From: Acidimicrobiia bacterium
GTDB taxonomy: Bacteria > Actinomycetota > Acidimicrobiia > UBA2766
NCBI GenBank assembly: GCA_020850945.1
Contig: JADZDR010000008.1
Location: forward strand, 29,776 to 93,775
Reading direction: 5' to 3'
Length of the DNA stretch: 64,000 bases
The translations under genes and the position numbers were made by a program. Each line of letters opens with the position of its first letter. Positions within the stretch are counted from its first letter, which is position 1. The notes beneath the pieces are model-generated. The model searched no databases. It was not told the DNA's origin and saw only the letters and a program-made list of their open reading frames with translations. This document shows positions 51,683 through 60,873 of the stretch, piece by piece.

Positions 51683-52952
51683 CCGCCGCCCGCGCCTCGA
51701 GGCGCCGGCGCAGCAGGTCGAGCAGTGTCGCCACGGCGAACGTCCGCACGCGCTCGCGGTCGCCCGGGAAGCGCACGGTCACGACCGAGACGTCGCCCTC
51801 GACGTCGACGGCGAGGCAGGTCTCGCCGACCTCGCCTCCCTGCGCGACAGGCCCGGCCGACCCGGTGACGGCGACCGCGACATCGGCTCCGAACAGGTTC
51901 CGCGCGCCCGCCGCCATCGCCGTGGCCACATGTTCACTCACGGGCCCGTGGCGGTCGAGCACGTCTTCGGGCACGCCGAGGACACGGGTCTTGGCCTCCG
52001 TCGCGTACGTGACGGCCGAACCTCGGAAGACGTCGGAGCTGCCCGGTACGCGTGTGATCCAGGCGCCCACCATGCCGCCCGTCATCGACTCGGCGGCGGC
52101 CAGGGAGAGTCCCGCTCTGCGGAGGAGGTCGACGCAGACGGACTCGATCGTGTCCGCGTCCGTCCCGAACACCGTGTCCCCCAGCAGCGAGCGCAGGTGC
52201 GTCTCCTCGGAATCGAGTGCCACCGTGGCCTCGGTCACCGAGGCTGCCCGGACCGTGACGCGGACGCGCACGACGCCGTCTCCGGCGAGGAAGGCGAGGG
52301 TGGTCGAATCGGAGGAGTCGAGTGCCTCGAAGCGGGGGGCGAGGATCTCGGCGAGGCGGGATTCGGACATGCCCCACGTCTTCATCTCCCGCGAGCGGAT
52401 GGTCACGCTGCGACCCATGCGGCGCACGATGTCGGGGGCGACGGCCCGCTCGAACATGTCACGCATCTCGGCCGGGACGCCGGGCACGGCGTAGAACACG
52501 CAGGCGTGTTCGCCTTCCCCGTCCGGCCATGCCGGCACGATGAGGCCGGGGGCCGTCCCCCACTCCAGGGGGATCACGGTCGCCCCCTCCGGCACGTCGG
52601 CCTGGCGGAGGTTCGAGGCGGCCATCGCGCGGCCGCGCTCGGTGAAGATCGCCTCGATGCGAGAGGCGAGGTCCTCGTCCCGCACGAGCGGGCGGCGCGT
52701 AACGTCCGACAGGGCCTCCCGCGTGATGTCGTCCTGCGTGGGGCCGAGCCCACCCGTGACGATGACGGCGTCGGCGCGGTCCCTTGCTCTGGCGAACACC
52801 TCGGCCATGCGCGTCCGGTTGTCCCCGACACTCGTCCGGTACAGGAGGTGGACGCCTATGTCCGCGAGGCGCTGCCCGAGCCAGGCGCCGTTCGTGTCGA
52901 CGATCTGGCCGAGGAGCAACTCCGTGCCCACCGTCACGATCTCAGCCCGCAC
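51654..52952 (-). CDS. cinA: competence/damage-inducible protein CinA (MoCF-binding plus CinA C-terminal nicotinamide-nucleotide amidase domain)
   Basis: 432 aa: MRAEIVTVGTELLLGQIVDTN..., then a C-terminal CinA domain (AAESMTGGMVGAWIT). Confidence 0.85.
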   Translation of the reverse strand: MRAEIVTVGTELLLGQIVDTNGAWLGQRLADIGVHLLYRTSVGDNRTRMAEVFARARDRADAVIVTGGLGPTQDDITREALSDVTRRPLVRDEDLASRIEAIFTERGRAMAASNLRQADVPEGATVIPLEWGTAPGLIVPAWPDGEGEHACVFYAVPGVPAEMRDMFERAVAPDIVRRMGRSVTIRSREMKTWGMSESRLAEILAPRFEALDSSDSTTLAFLAGDGVVRVRVTVRAASVTEATVALDSEETHLRSLLGDTVFGTDADTIESVCVDLLRRAGLSLAAAESMTGGMVGAWITRVPGSSDVFRGSAVTYATEAKTRVLGVPEDVLDRHGPVSEHVATAMAAGARNLFGADVAVAVTGSAGPVAQGGEVGETCLAVDVEGDVSVVTVRFPGDRERVRTFAVATLLDLLRRRLEARAADAGTGPPSG

Positions 52953-53613
52953 GCGATGCCGACTCCCTGCCCATCTCGCCGGGCGGTGCCGATCCGGAGG
53001 CGGTTCCCTCGCGCAGGCTGCGCTCGGCCCGCACGAAGAGCTCGATCGCCGAAACCCAGGTCAGGACGACGGCCGCCCAGAGGACGGCGACGCCGACGTC
53101 ACGCGTGCCATCCCCCGGGATGAGGAGCAGGCCGATGCCGGACAGGGTCACGAAGGTCTTCACCTTGCCCCACCACGACGCCGGGACCGAGACTCCCCGC
53201 CTCACGGCATACGACCGGTATGCGGACACCGCCACCTCCCGGACCATCACGAGCACGAAGATCGCCCACGCCACCCGCCCCTGCACGGCGAGGCCGAACA
53301 GCGCCCCGCCCACGAGGACCTTGTCGGCGAGGGGATCGAGGAACGCACCCGAGCGTGTCGCACCCTGGCGGCGGGCGATCAGCCCGTCGATGTTGTCGCT
53401 GAGAGCGAGGACGATGAACACGGCCAGTGCCCACTCGAACAAGCCCGCGAGGATGAGAACCGTGAGCCCGATCGACCCGAGGATGCGTGCCAGGGTCACG
53501 GCATTCGCGGGAGTCGCCAGGGCAGTGGGACCGAACCTCTTGTCCGCCACACCCCGAGGATAGGTTCGCGCCGTCGCGGAGCTACATTGGTCGGCGAGCC
53601 CCCCTTCCCGCAC
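52942..53613 (-). CDS. pgsA: CDP-diacylglycerol--glycerol-3-phosphate 3-phosphatidyltransferase
   Basis: CDP-alcohol phosphotransferase motif (DNIDGLIARRQGATRSGAFLDPLADK). Directly upstream of, and overlapping, cinA. Confidence 0.8.
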   Translation of the reverse strand: MREGGLADQCSSATARTYPRGVADKRFGPTALATPANAVTLARILGSIGLTVLILAGLFEWALAVFIVLALSDNIDGLIARRQGATRSGAFLDPLADKVLVGGALFGLAVQGRVAWAIFVLVMVREVAVSAYRSYAVRRGVSVPASWWGKVKTFVTLSGIGLLLIPGDGTRDVGVAVLWAAVVLTWVSAIELFVRAERSLREGTASGSAPPGEMGRESASRAG

Positions 53614-53679
53614 AGGCCGACGAGGTGTCGCGGTCGGGTGGCTCAGGCAGCCCGGCGCACGAGACAGGGCGGACCTCCG

Positions 53680-55221
53680 ATGACCGAGACGACTTCGCAG
53701 CAGAGTGAGATCGAGTCACGCAACCCGGCGACGCGTGAGCTCCTCGGGACCGTCCCCGTCATGGACGAGGCGGAGGTGCGCCAGTGCGTGCAGCGCGCGC
53801 GGCGTGCCGCCGAGGACTGGGCAGCCCTTCCCCTCGATGACCGCCTCGCGCACCTCGCCCGCCTCCAGGACATCCTCGCCCGCGACTCCCGCGAGATCGC
53901 GACTCGGATCGCCGCCGAAACGGGCAAGCCCCGCCACGAGGCCCTCTTCACCGAGGTGACGGCCACGTGTGAGCTCCTCCGCACGCTCCGCCGCCACGCG
54001 GCCGGCGTGCTGCGACCCCGCCGCATCGATCCCGGCATCCTCAAGACAAAGCGCGCCTGGACCGTCTACGAGCCACTCGGCGTCGTCGGAGTCATCTCCC
54101 CCTGGAACTACCCGTTCACACTCTCGATGACCCCCGTCGTGACGGCGCTCGCCGCCGGGAACACGGTCGTGCTCAAGCCGAGCGAGGTCACGCCACTCGT
54201 CGGCACGGTCATCGAGGAGATCTTCGAGGCCGCCCGATTCCCCGCGAGCACCGTCGAAGTCGTAACCGGTGCCGGCGCGACCGGGGCGATGCTCGTGCGC
54301 AGCGGCGTGAACAAGATCCACTTCACGGGGTCGACGGCCACGGGACGCAGGATCATGGAGGCCGCCGCCGAGACCCTGACTCCTGTCGTGATGGAGTTGG
54401 GCGGCAAGGACCCGATGATCGTGGCGGAGGACGCCGATCTCGAGCGGGCCGCGCGGGGCGCCGTGTGGGCCGGTTTCTCCAACTCGGGACAGATCTGCAT
54501 GTCGGTGGAGCGGGTGTACGTCCCCGCTTCGATCCACGACGCGTTCGTGAGCCGCGTCGTCGAGCTCACGCGGGAGCTGCGCCAGGGCACGGACACCGAC
54601 GGCGACCCGGTCGACATCGGCGCCATGATCACACCCGCCCAGACCGACATCGTCGAGGCACACGTCGCCGACGCCCTCGAGCGGGGGGCCACGCTCGAGA
54701 CGGGCGGCGCCCGCCGCACCGATCTCGGGGGTGACTTCTTCGAGCCCACCGTGCTCACGGGCGTGAACCACGACATGCGGGTGATGCAGGAGGAGACGTT
54801 CGGGCCCGTCCTCCCGATCATGCGGGTCGAGACCGAGGACGAGGGTGTGCGCCTCGCCAACGACACCACGTACGGGCTCACCGCGTCCGTCTGGACGCGG
54901 GACAGGGCGAATGGGGAGCGGATCGCGTCCGAGCTGCGGGCGGGATGCGTGCTCATCAACGACCACATCACGGGGTACGCGCTCTGTGACCTCCCCTTCG
55001 GTGGCGTCGGCGACTCGGGATTCGGCCGTGTGCACGGTCCCGAGGGCCTGCTCGAGTTCGTCGAGGTCAAGTCCTTCGTCGAGGACCGCCTCGGCCTTCG
55101 GGCCGAGCCCTACTGGTTCCCGAGGCTCGGCAACCCGCTCGAGGTCTTCGCCCGCCTGAACGGCTTCCTCTACCGCACGGACTGGAAGGACCGCGTGAAG
55201 TCGCTCTTCGGCGGGCGCTGA
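53680..55221 (+). CDS. NAD(P)-dependent aldehyde dehydrogenase family protein
   Basis: Starts MTETTSQQSEIESRNPAT... with ALDH motifs (catalytic Cys GQICMSVER, Glu region ELGGKDP, GSTATG). The 5' 380 codons of the track ORF are rejected. Confidence 0.85.
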   Translation: MTETTSQQSEIESRNPATRELLGTVPVMDEAEVRQCVQRARRAAEDWAALPLDDRLAHLARLQDILARDSREIATRIAAETGKPRHEALFTEVTATCELLRTLRRHAAGVLRPRRIDPGILKTKRAWTVYEPLGVVGVISPWNYPFTLSMTPVVTALAAGNTVVLKPSEVTPLVGTVIEEIFEAARFPASTVEVVTGAGATGAMLVRSGVNKIHFTGSTATGRRIMEAAAETLTPVVMELGGKDPMIVAEDADLERAARGAVWAGFSNSGQICMSVERVYVPASIHDAFVSRVVELTRELRQGTDTDGDPVDIGAMITPAQTDIVEAHVADALERGATLETGGARRTDLGGDFFEPTVLTGVNHDMRVMQEETFGPVLPIMRVETEDEGVRLANDTTYGLTASVWTRDRANGERIASELRAGCVLINDHITGYALCDLPFGGVGDSGFGRVHGPEGLLEFVEVKSFVEDRLGLRAEPYWFPRLGNPLEVFARLNGFLYRTDWKDRVKSLFGGR

Positions 55222-55225
55222 ACCT

Positions 55226-56203
55226 TCAGAGCCAGCCCTTCCTGCGGAACAGGGCGTAGAGCGCGGCGGCGCAGACGACGATGAGGCCCACGCTCACGAG
55301 CCAGCCCGCCGTCCGGCCCTCACCCGGGTACGGGACGTTCATGCCGTAGTAGCCGGTGATCAGAGTCGGCACGGCGATGATCGCGGCCCAGCTCGTGACC
55401 TTCTTCATGATCAGGTTCTGCCTGTACTCGTGCAGCGTGAGGTTCGTCTCGACGATCGTCGTGACGAGGTCGCGGAGGGCGTCCGTCGACTCCACGACCC
55501 GCAGGATGTGGTCGTAAAGGTCCTGGTAGTAGGGGTAGAGCTCCTCGTGCACGGTCGTGTGCTCACGCCGCAGGAGGCCGCTCACGACCTCGCGCAGCGG
55601 TGCGGCGAGCCGGTGGAACCTCACGAGGGACTGCCGCACGTGGAACCAGCGGCGCTGCTGCTCGGGACTGAGGGGGGTCCCGGCGAAGATGAGGTCGCTG
55701 ACCTCGTCGTAGTAGTCGTCGAAGTCGGCGAGGACGTCGAAGTAGGCGTCGATCACGGTATCGAGGAGGCTGTACAGCAGGAACCCCACGCCGTGGCGGG
55801 TCATGTCGGTGGCGCCGTCCCAGCGGTTCGTGACCTCCCCGATCGGGAACTCCTCGTTCGCCCGCACGGTCACGAGCCACCGGTCGTTCACGAACGCGTC
55901 GATCTCGGTCGTGACGAGGCGCTCCGCCCCGCTGTCGAACCGGATCGCATGGCAGGCGAGGAAGGCGTGCGTGGGATAGAGGTCGAGCTTCGGTCTCTGG
56001 TGGGGATCGAGGGCGTTCTCCACGGCGAGCTCGTGCAGTCCGAGCTCGGCGGCGAGCTCGTGCAGCTCCGCCGCCGACGGCGCACACAGGTCGATCCAGA
56101 CGACGGTGTCGGACTCCCCGAGGCGCTCGGAGACCTCCCCCATCGGGAAGCCTTCTGCCTCGAGGACCCCGCCTCTGTATGCACGCGTGTGGGCTGTTCC
56201 CAT
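55226..56203 (-). CDS. corA: CorA family magnesium/cobalt transporter
   Basis: 325 aa with two C-terminal TM helices and the YGMNV (GMN) signature. Confidence 0.85.
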   Translation of the reverse strand: MGTAHTRAYRGGVLEAEGFPMGEVSERLGESDTVVWIDLCAPSAAELHELAAELGLHELAVENALDPHQRPKLDLYPTHAFLACHAIRFDSGAERLVTTEIDAFVNDRWLVTVRANEEFPIGEVTNRWDGATDMTRHGVGFLLYSLLDTVIDAYFDVLADFDDYYDEVSDLIFAGTPLSPEQQRRWFHVRQSLVRFHRLAAPLREVVSGLLRREHTTVHEELYPYYQDLYDHILRVVESTDALRDLVTTIVETNLTLHEYRQNLIMKKVTSWAAIIAVPTLITGYYGMNVPYPGEGRTAGWLVSVGLIVVCAAALYALFRRKGWL

Positions 56204-56260
56204 CCGGCCTCCTCGCCCAAGTTACCGCCGTGCGCCGGACTGGGCGGGTCGCTTGGGTGG

Positions 56261-56286
56261 GGTTTGTTGCGCATGCGCAACAAACC
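56261..56286. promoter_or_regulatory. 26-bp perfect palindrome GGTTTGTTGCGCATGCGCAACAAACC (extends imperfectly to about 38 bp)
   Basis: Read directly; it is self-complementary. Lies 58-83 nt upstream of corA (minus) and about 140 nt upstream of the 56425 plus-strand gene. Confidence 0.85.
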
Positions 56287-56424
56287 GCACCCAACTCCGT
56301 CACTTCTGCCCACATCGTGGCGCGAGCAGATCACGGCCAGTTGGGAACCGTGAGCTCCATCGGCGCGTCAGACCCATCGAAACACGGTCCGGATCTCGAT
56401 GCCGGCCACCAAGGGAGGAACACG

Positions 56425-57060
56425 ATGAGCGACATCGGATACGACACAGACGGTGACGGCGTGGCCGACTCATATGACACGGACGACAACGGCTACTTCG
56501 ATCTCGTCACGGCCGACACCAACGGGGACGGCATCGTCGACCTGGTGGGGACCGATCAGAACGAGAACGGCTATTTCGAGGGTGTCATGACCGACACCGA
56601 CGGTGATGGGGACTTCGACCTCTTGATGGCGGACAACAACGAGAACGGCGTGCACGAGGCGTTCAGTGTCGAGGGGGGCGACGGCATGATGCATCAGATC
56701 TTCGACTTCAACGAGAACGGGGTCGCCGACGCCGCGGAGACTTCCCAGGGCGGCTACTACCCGGGCGCCTCGACGATCGGCGGTTCCTCGTTCTCCGACG
56801 GCATCCACGTCGAATACCCGCCCGGCTACGTCCCGCCGAGCTCAATAACCATCACGGGTCCGACGGAACTGGATCCCACCTTCCCGGCCGGGGGTGGTCC
56901 CGATCTCCTCAAACCGTGGTTGGGCGCGGGAGATGCGGACGCTGACGGCATGCAGGACGATGTCGACCCCTTCCCGCACGACGCGGTGGGCAGTGACGTC
57001 GACTACGACGGTGTCGAAGATGCGTACGACGCGAAGAAGTACGATCCCACCGATAGCTGA
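56425..57060 (+). CDS. hypothetical highly acidic protein with calcium-binding (thrombospondin type-3-like DxDxDG) repeats
   Basis: Strong RBS AAGGGAGG 7 nt upstream. MSDIGYDTDGDGVADSYDTDDNGYFD..., with repeated DTDGDG / DTNGDG / DNNENG motifs. No signal peptide. Confidence 0.6.
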   Translation: MSDIGYDTDGDGVADSYDTDDNGYFDLVTADTNGDGIVDLVGTDQNENGYFEGVMTDTDGDGDFDLLMADNNENGVHEAFSVEGGDGMMHQIFDFNENGVADAAETSQGGYYPGASTIGGSSFSDGIHVEYPPGYVPPSSITITGPTELDPTFPAGGGPDLLKPWLGAGDADADGMQDDVDPFPHDAVGSDVDYDGVEDAYDAKKYDPTDS

Positions 57061-57174
57061 CCGCGTGCGATGGTGACTCGGCCTCGCCGCTCTTGCCCTC
57101 TTCGGGGCTTGTGTATAGCTTCGTGTTTCGGCTGTTCCGAGGTGTTCGGGCAGTGGGACCGGGAGGATCATCTC

Positions 57175-57878
57175 ATGCGGTGGCGACTTGCCGTTGTCGT
57201 GTCCGTACTCGGTGTGGGCCTGTCGGCGTGCGTGGCGCCGATCCTCGTGACTGCCCCGACGGTTCTGGGTGTCGCCCAGGTCGGTGAGACGCTCACGGCC
57301 ACGAACGGGACGTGGCTGCTCTCGGGCAGCTATGCGTACAAGTGGCAGCGCTGCGAGGTCGACGGGACAGGCTGTGTCGACATCACAGGCGCCACGGCCA
57401 AGACGTTCGTGCCGACGGTGTCCGAGGAGGGCAAGAGGGTACGGGTGCGGGTGACGAACACGAACCAGTTCGGCGCCCAGTCGGCCTCGTCGGCCCTGAC
57501 CGGCCCCGTCACTCCCGCCGCCGCGTCGCCTTCGACGTCTCGCGTGTCGGTCGCCACAGGCGGCACCCAAGCCGACAACTCCTCCGAGGCTCCGAGTGTG
57601 TGAGCGGGGACGGCCGCTACGTCGCCTTCACCTCGTCGGCGTCGAACCTCGTCCCCGCCGACACCAACAGCACACACGACGTGTTCGTGCACGACACCCA
57701 GACCGACGTCACGACACGCGTGTCCGTCGCCACAGACACCACCCAAGCCAACAACATCTCCTATGAGCCGAGTGTGAGCGGGGACGGCCGCTACGTCGCC
57801 TTCCACTCGGATGCGTCGAACCTCGTCCCCGCCGACACCAACGCCGCAGGCGACGTGTTCGTGCACGACCGCGGCTGA
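57175..57878 (+). pseudogene. lipoprotein with Ig-like domain and PD40/TolB-type beta-propeller repeats, interrupted by a 2-bp (TG) indel at about 57596-57602
   Basis: RBS GGGAGGA. Signal plus lipobox (VLGVGLSAC). The first ORF stops at TGA 57601, and the second frame continues with SGDGRYVAFTSSASNLVPADTN.... The later repeat copy GAGCCGAGTGTGAGCGGGGAC has one fewer TG than the disrupted copy. Confidence 0.55.
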
Positions 57879-57967
57879 GACGGGTCCGCCGCTGACACGT
57901 CGAATCCCCACTGTCCAACCCGGGGGTGAGGCGCCGCTCGAACACGGTCCGGCATGACCGGTGCGTC

Positions 57968-60601
57968 TCAGATCCCCAGCCGCGACCGGTACCCGTCGAG
58001 ATCCTCGGGTGCCATGAGGACCTTGCGTGCCTTCGAGCCCTCCGACGGACCCACGACACCGTGCTGCTCCAGCAGATCCATGATCCGCCCCGCCCGCGCG
58101 AACCCGACACGGAGCTTGCGCTGGAGCATCGACGTCGATCCGAGCCGGCTCGAGACGACGAGCTCCATCGCCGCCCCGAGCAGGGCGTCGGACTCCTCGT
58201 CGACGTCACCCCGCACGGCGTCCACCGAGAGATCCCCCGAGAAGACGACATCGGGTTCGGTCGTCTCCTCCGGTCCCGGAGCCGGTCCCGTCGCGGCCGG
58301 ACCGGCTACCGTCCCGGGATCGGGCACGGCGGGGACAGGGGTCGCCTCCCCGTCGAGGTCCGCCGGGACCGCGACCGCGGGCGCCTCGGCCGCGTTCGTC
58401 TCCCTGTGCCGCTCGGCCTGGGCGCGCCAGTGCGACACGATGCCGGCGACCTCCTCCTCCGAGACGAACGAAGCCTGGATGCGCTCGCACTGCGAAGCGG
58501 AGCTGCCCAGATAGAGAAGGTCACCCTGGCCGACGAGCTTCTCCGCTCCCGCCTGGTCGAGGATCACACGGCTGTCCGTCACGGTCCGCACCTTGAACGC
58601 CATGCGGGTGGGGATGTTCGCCTTGATCACGCCCGTGATCACGTTCACGGACGGGCGTTGCGTCGCGATCACGAGGTGGATGCCGACGGCACGGGCCATC
58701 TGCGTGATGCGGGCTATCGATTCCTCGACGTTGCGGGGCGCGACGAGCATGAGGTCGGCGAGCTCGTCGACCACGACGAGGATGTAGGGGAGTGTGTGGG
58801 GCGCCTCACCGTCGTCGGCCTTGATCTCGCCCCGCCCGACACCCTGGTTGTAGGACACGACGTCGCGGCTCCCCGCAGCCTGGAGGATGTCGTAGCGGCG
58901 GTCCATCTCCTGCACAGCCCACTCGAGTGCGTCGGCGGCCTTCTTCGGGTTCGTGACCACCCCGGTCAGCAGGTGGGGGATGCGCCCGTACCTGCCGAGC
59001 TCGACGCGCTTGGGATCGATGAGGATCATGCGCACCTCGGACGGCCGGGTCCGGCAGAGGATCGACGTGAGTATCGAGTTGATGCTCGACGACTTGCCCG
59101 AGCCCGTCGCGCCCGCGATCAGGAGGTGGGGCATGTCGGCGATGTCGACCATGACCGGCCTGCCGCTGATGTCCTTGCCGAGTGCCACCTGGAGGGGTCG
59201 GGTCGCGGCCCGCGCCTGCTTCGAGCGGAGGATGTCGCCGAGGGTCACCATCTGGCGTACGGCGTTGGGCACCTCGAGGCCGATCGCGGACCGGCCTGGG
59301 ATCGGTGCGAGGATGCGCACGTCGGGTGTGGCGAGGGCATAGCAGATGTCCGGTGTGAGCTTGAGGAGGGCGTTCACCTTCACACCCTGGGCGAGCTCGA
59401 CCTCGTAGCGGGTCACAGTGGGCCCGGCGACGTGACCCACGACCTCGGCCCCGACGTTGAACTCGTCGAGCGTCGCCTTGATCACCTCGGATCTCGACTC
59501 GGTGGCGGCAGTGTCGACCTTGCGTTCGGGACTGGAGCGCAACAGGTCGAGTGCCGGCAGGACGTATATCTCGGCATCGGCGGGCTTGGGCTCGCGGAGG
59601 CGGAGCTGCTCGGGTGCATGTTGCCGCCCCCCGCCGGATGCCTGCCGGCTCGCCGTGTGCGAGCCGCCGCCTCGCGCATGCGCATCCGCGTCGACCTCCG
59701 CGTCGACCGGAGGCACCGTGACCTCGGCTGCCTGGTCGTACAGGGTGGTGTCGGGGACCGAGCCCGCCGCCTGGCCCCCGGCAGCCCCCGGGGGCCGGGC
59801 CGGGACCGCCGTGCGCTTCGGACCGCTCGCCGTGTGACGGGGCCTCTCGTCTGCGTCAGGCGGCGGAGGCTCCCCGGCGGAGGCGGGAGGCTCGAGGAAC
59901 GACGCCGTCACCACGCGCCAGGCCGACCGCGTGTGGGCGGCGATGCCCCGCAGGCTCTGACCGGTCGCAACGAGGATTCCGACGAGGACGGCACCGCCCA
60001 GGATCACGGCCGCGCCTGCCCGACCGAGGGCGGCATCGAGGGGAACGGAGAGGACCGCGCCCACGTACCCGCCGTGTTCGCGGATCTCCGCGAACGGGGC
60101 GTCGAGGGGCACCGCACCACCGGCGAGGTGGATGAGGCCCAGCACGGCCGCCACGGCGAGGACGACCCCGATCACGCCGAGCGTGCGCACACGGTCTCCG
60201 CGCGTGAAGGCGAGGCCGAGCCCTCCCCCCACGAGAACCAGGGGGAGCCAGACCGCCCCCTTCCCACCCACTGCCCTCGTTCCGGTCTCGAGCGCGTCCC
60301 CGACCGGGCCTGCCCCGTTCGCCCACACGGCGAGTGCGAGGAGGACCCCGAGGACGACGAGGCTGATACCGAGGATGTCGGCCATGTGGCGCTCGACGAG
60401 GTCGGTGGTGGCGTGCCGGGGCGCGTGCCCCTTGCGGGGGGCGGACTTCGGGCCACGTCGGGCGGCGTCACGCGACCTCTTCGACGTCTGCGCCGCACGC
60501 GGTCCCGATCGAGGGGCGGGCTTGCCTCCGGCGCGCGTCTTCGACGTGGACGTGGCGGAGCGGGACTTGGACTTCGTGGACCGTCGGGTGGCGGCGGGCA
60601 C
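57968..60601 (-). CDS. ftsK: DNA translocase FtsK/SpoIIIE
   Basis: FtsK core (Walker A GATGSGKSS, DELADLM). N-terminal basic tail plus four TM helices. The proposed start is GTG at 60601 with RBS AGGAGA. The track ORF extends to 60856 by reading through an intergenic tandem repeat. Confidence 0.8.
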   Translation of the reverse strand: MPAATRRSTKSKSRSATSTSKTRAGGKPAPRSGPRAAQTSKRSRDAARRGPKSAPRKGHAPRHATTDLVERHMADILGISLVVLGVLLALAVWANGAGPVGDALETGTRAVGGKGAVWLPLVLVGGGLGLAFTRGDRVRTLGVIGVVLAVAAVLGLIHLAGGAVPLDAPFAEIREHGGYVGAVLSVPLDAALGRAGAAVILGGAVLVGILVATGQSLRGIAAHTRSAWRVVTASFLEPPASAGEPPPPDADERPRHTASGPKRTAVPARPPGAAGGQAAGSVPDTTLYDQAAEVTVPPVDAEVDADAHARGGGSHTASRQASGGGRQHAPEQLRLREPKPADAEIYVLPALDLLRSSPERKVDTAATESRSEVIKATLDEFNVGAEVVGHVAGPTVTRYEVELAQGVKVNALLKLTPDICYALATPDVRILAPIPGRSAIGLEVPNAVRQMVTLGDILRSKQARAATRPLQVALGKDISGRPVMVDIADMPHLLIAGATGSGKSSSINSILTSILCRTRPSEVRMILIDPKRVELGRYGRIPHLLTGVVTNPKKAADALEWAVQEMDRRYDILQAAGSRDVVSYNQGVGRGEIKADDGEAPHTLPYILVVVDELADLMLVAPRNVEESIARITQMARAVGIHLVIATQRPSVNVITGVIKANIPTRMAFKVRTVTDSRVILDQAGAEKLVGQGDLLYLGSSASQCERIQASFVSEEEVAGIVSHWRAQAERHRETNAAEAPAVAVPADLDGEATPVPAVPDPGTVAGPAATGPAPGPEETTEPDVVFSGDLSVDAVRGDVDEESDALLGAAMELVVSSRLGSTSMLQRKLRVGFARAGRIMDLLEQHGVVGPSEGSKARKVLMAPEDLDGYRSRLGI

Positions 60602-60741
60602 TGGTTCTCCTGGGATGCGCTTCGTTGCGGGACGTGTGCCGTCCCGTTCGCGCTCCCACCCGTTCCGCCCGGGGAGACGCTGGCCCCGAAGGTACCACCG
60701 ACGGCGTCCCGTGGGTGGGTGCCCCCCGTCACGGCGGGTTC

Positions 60742-60865
60742 CCACTGTCACGTGGGCGTACTGAACCACAACCACCGTGGTTGAATACGCCCACGTGGGT
60801 TGTCCACTGTCACGTGGGCGTACTGAGCCACAACCACCGTGGTTGAATACGCCCACGTGGGGGGC
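60742..60865. repeat. 2 x 62-bp tandem direct repeat; each unit contains a 12-bp inverted repeat CACGTGGGCGTA ... TACGCCCACGTG around an inner near-palindrome CAACCACCGTGGTTG
   Basis: Read directly. The units are CCACTGTCACGTGGGCGTACTGA(A/G)CCACAACCACCGTGGTTGAATACGCCCACGTGGG..., with 1 mismatch between copies. The repeat starts 9 nt after the rnj stop and ends about 140 nt upstream of ftsK. Confidence 0.85.
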
Positions 60866-60873
60866 AGGGGGGA

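Noticed and set aside
60602-60856. N-terminal 85 codons of the ftsK track ORF
   Set aside because: This segment is the translation of the 2 x 62-bp tandem palindromic repeat. A GTG at 60601 with an AGGAGA RBS gives a typical basic FtsK N-terminus, so the upstream part was excluded. The true start is unverified.
60742-60865. CRISPR array
   Set aside because: Only two repeat units with no unique spacer between them, and no cas genes in the window. It is a tandem duplication of a palindromic unit, not a CRISPR.
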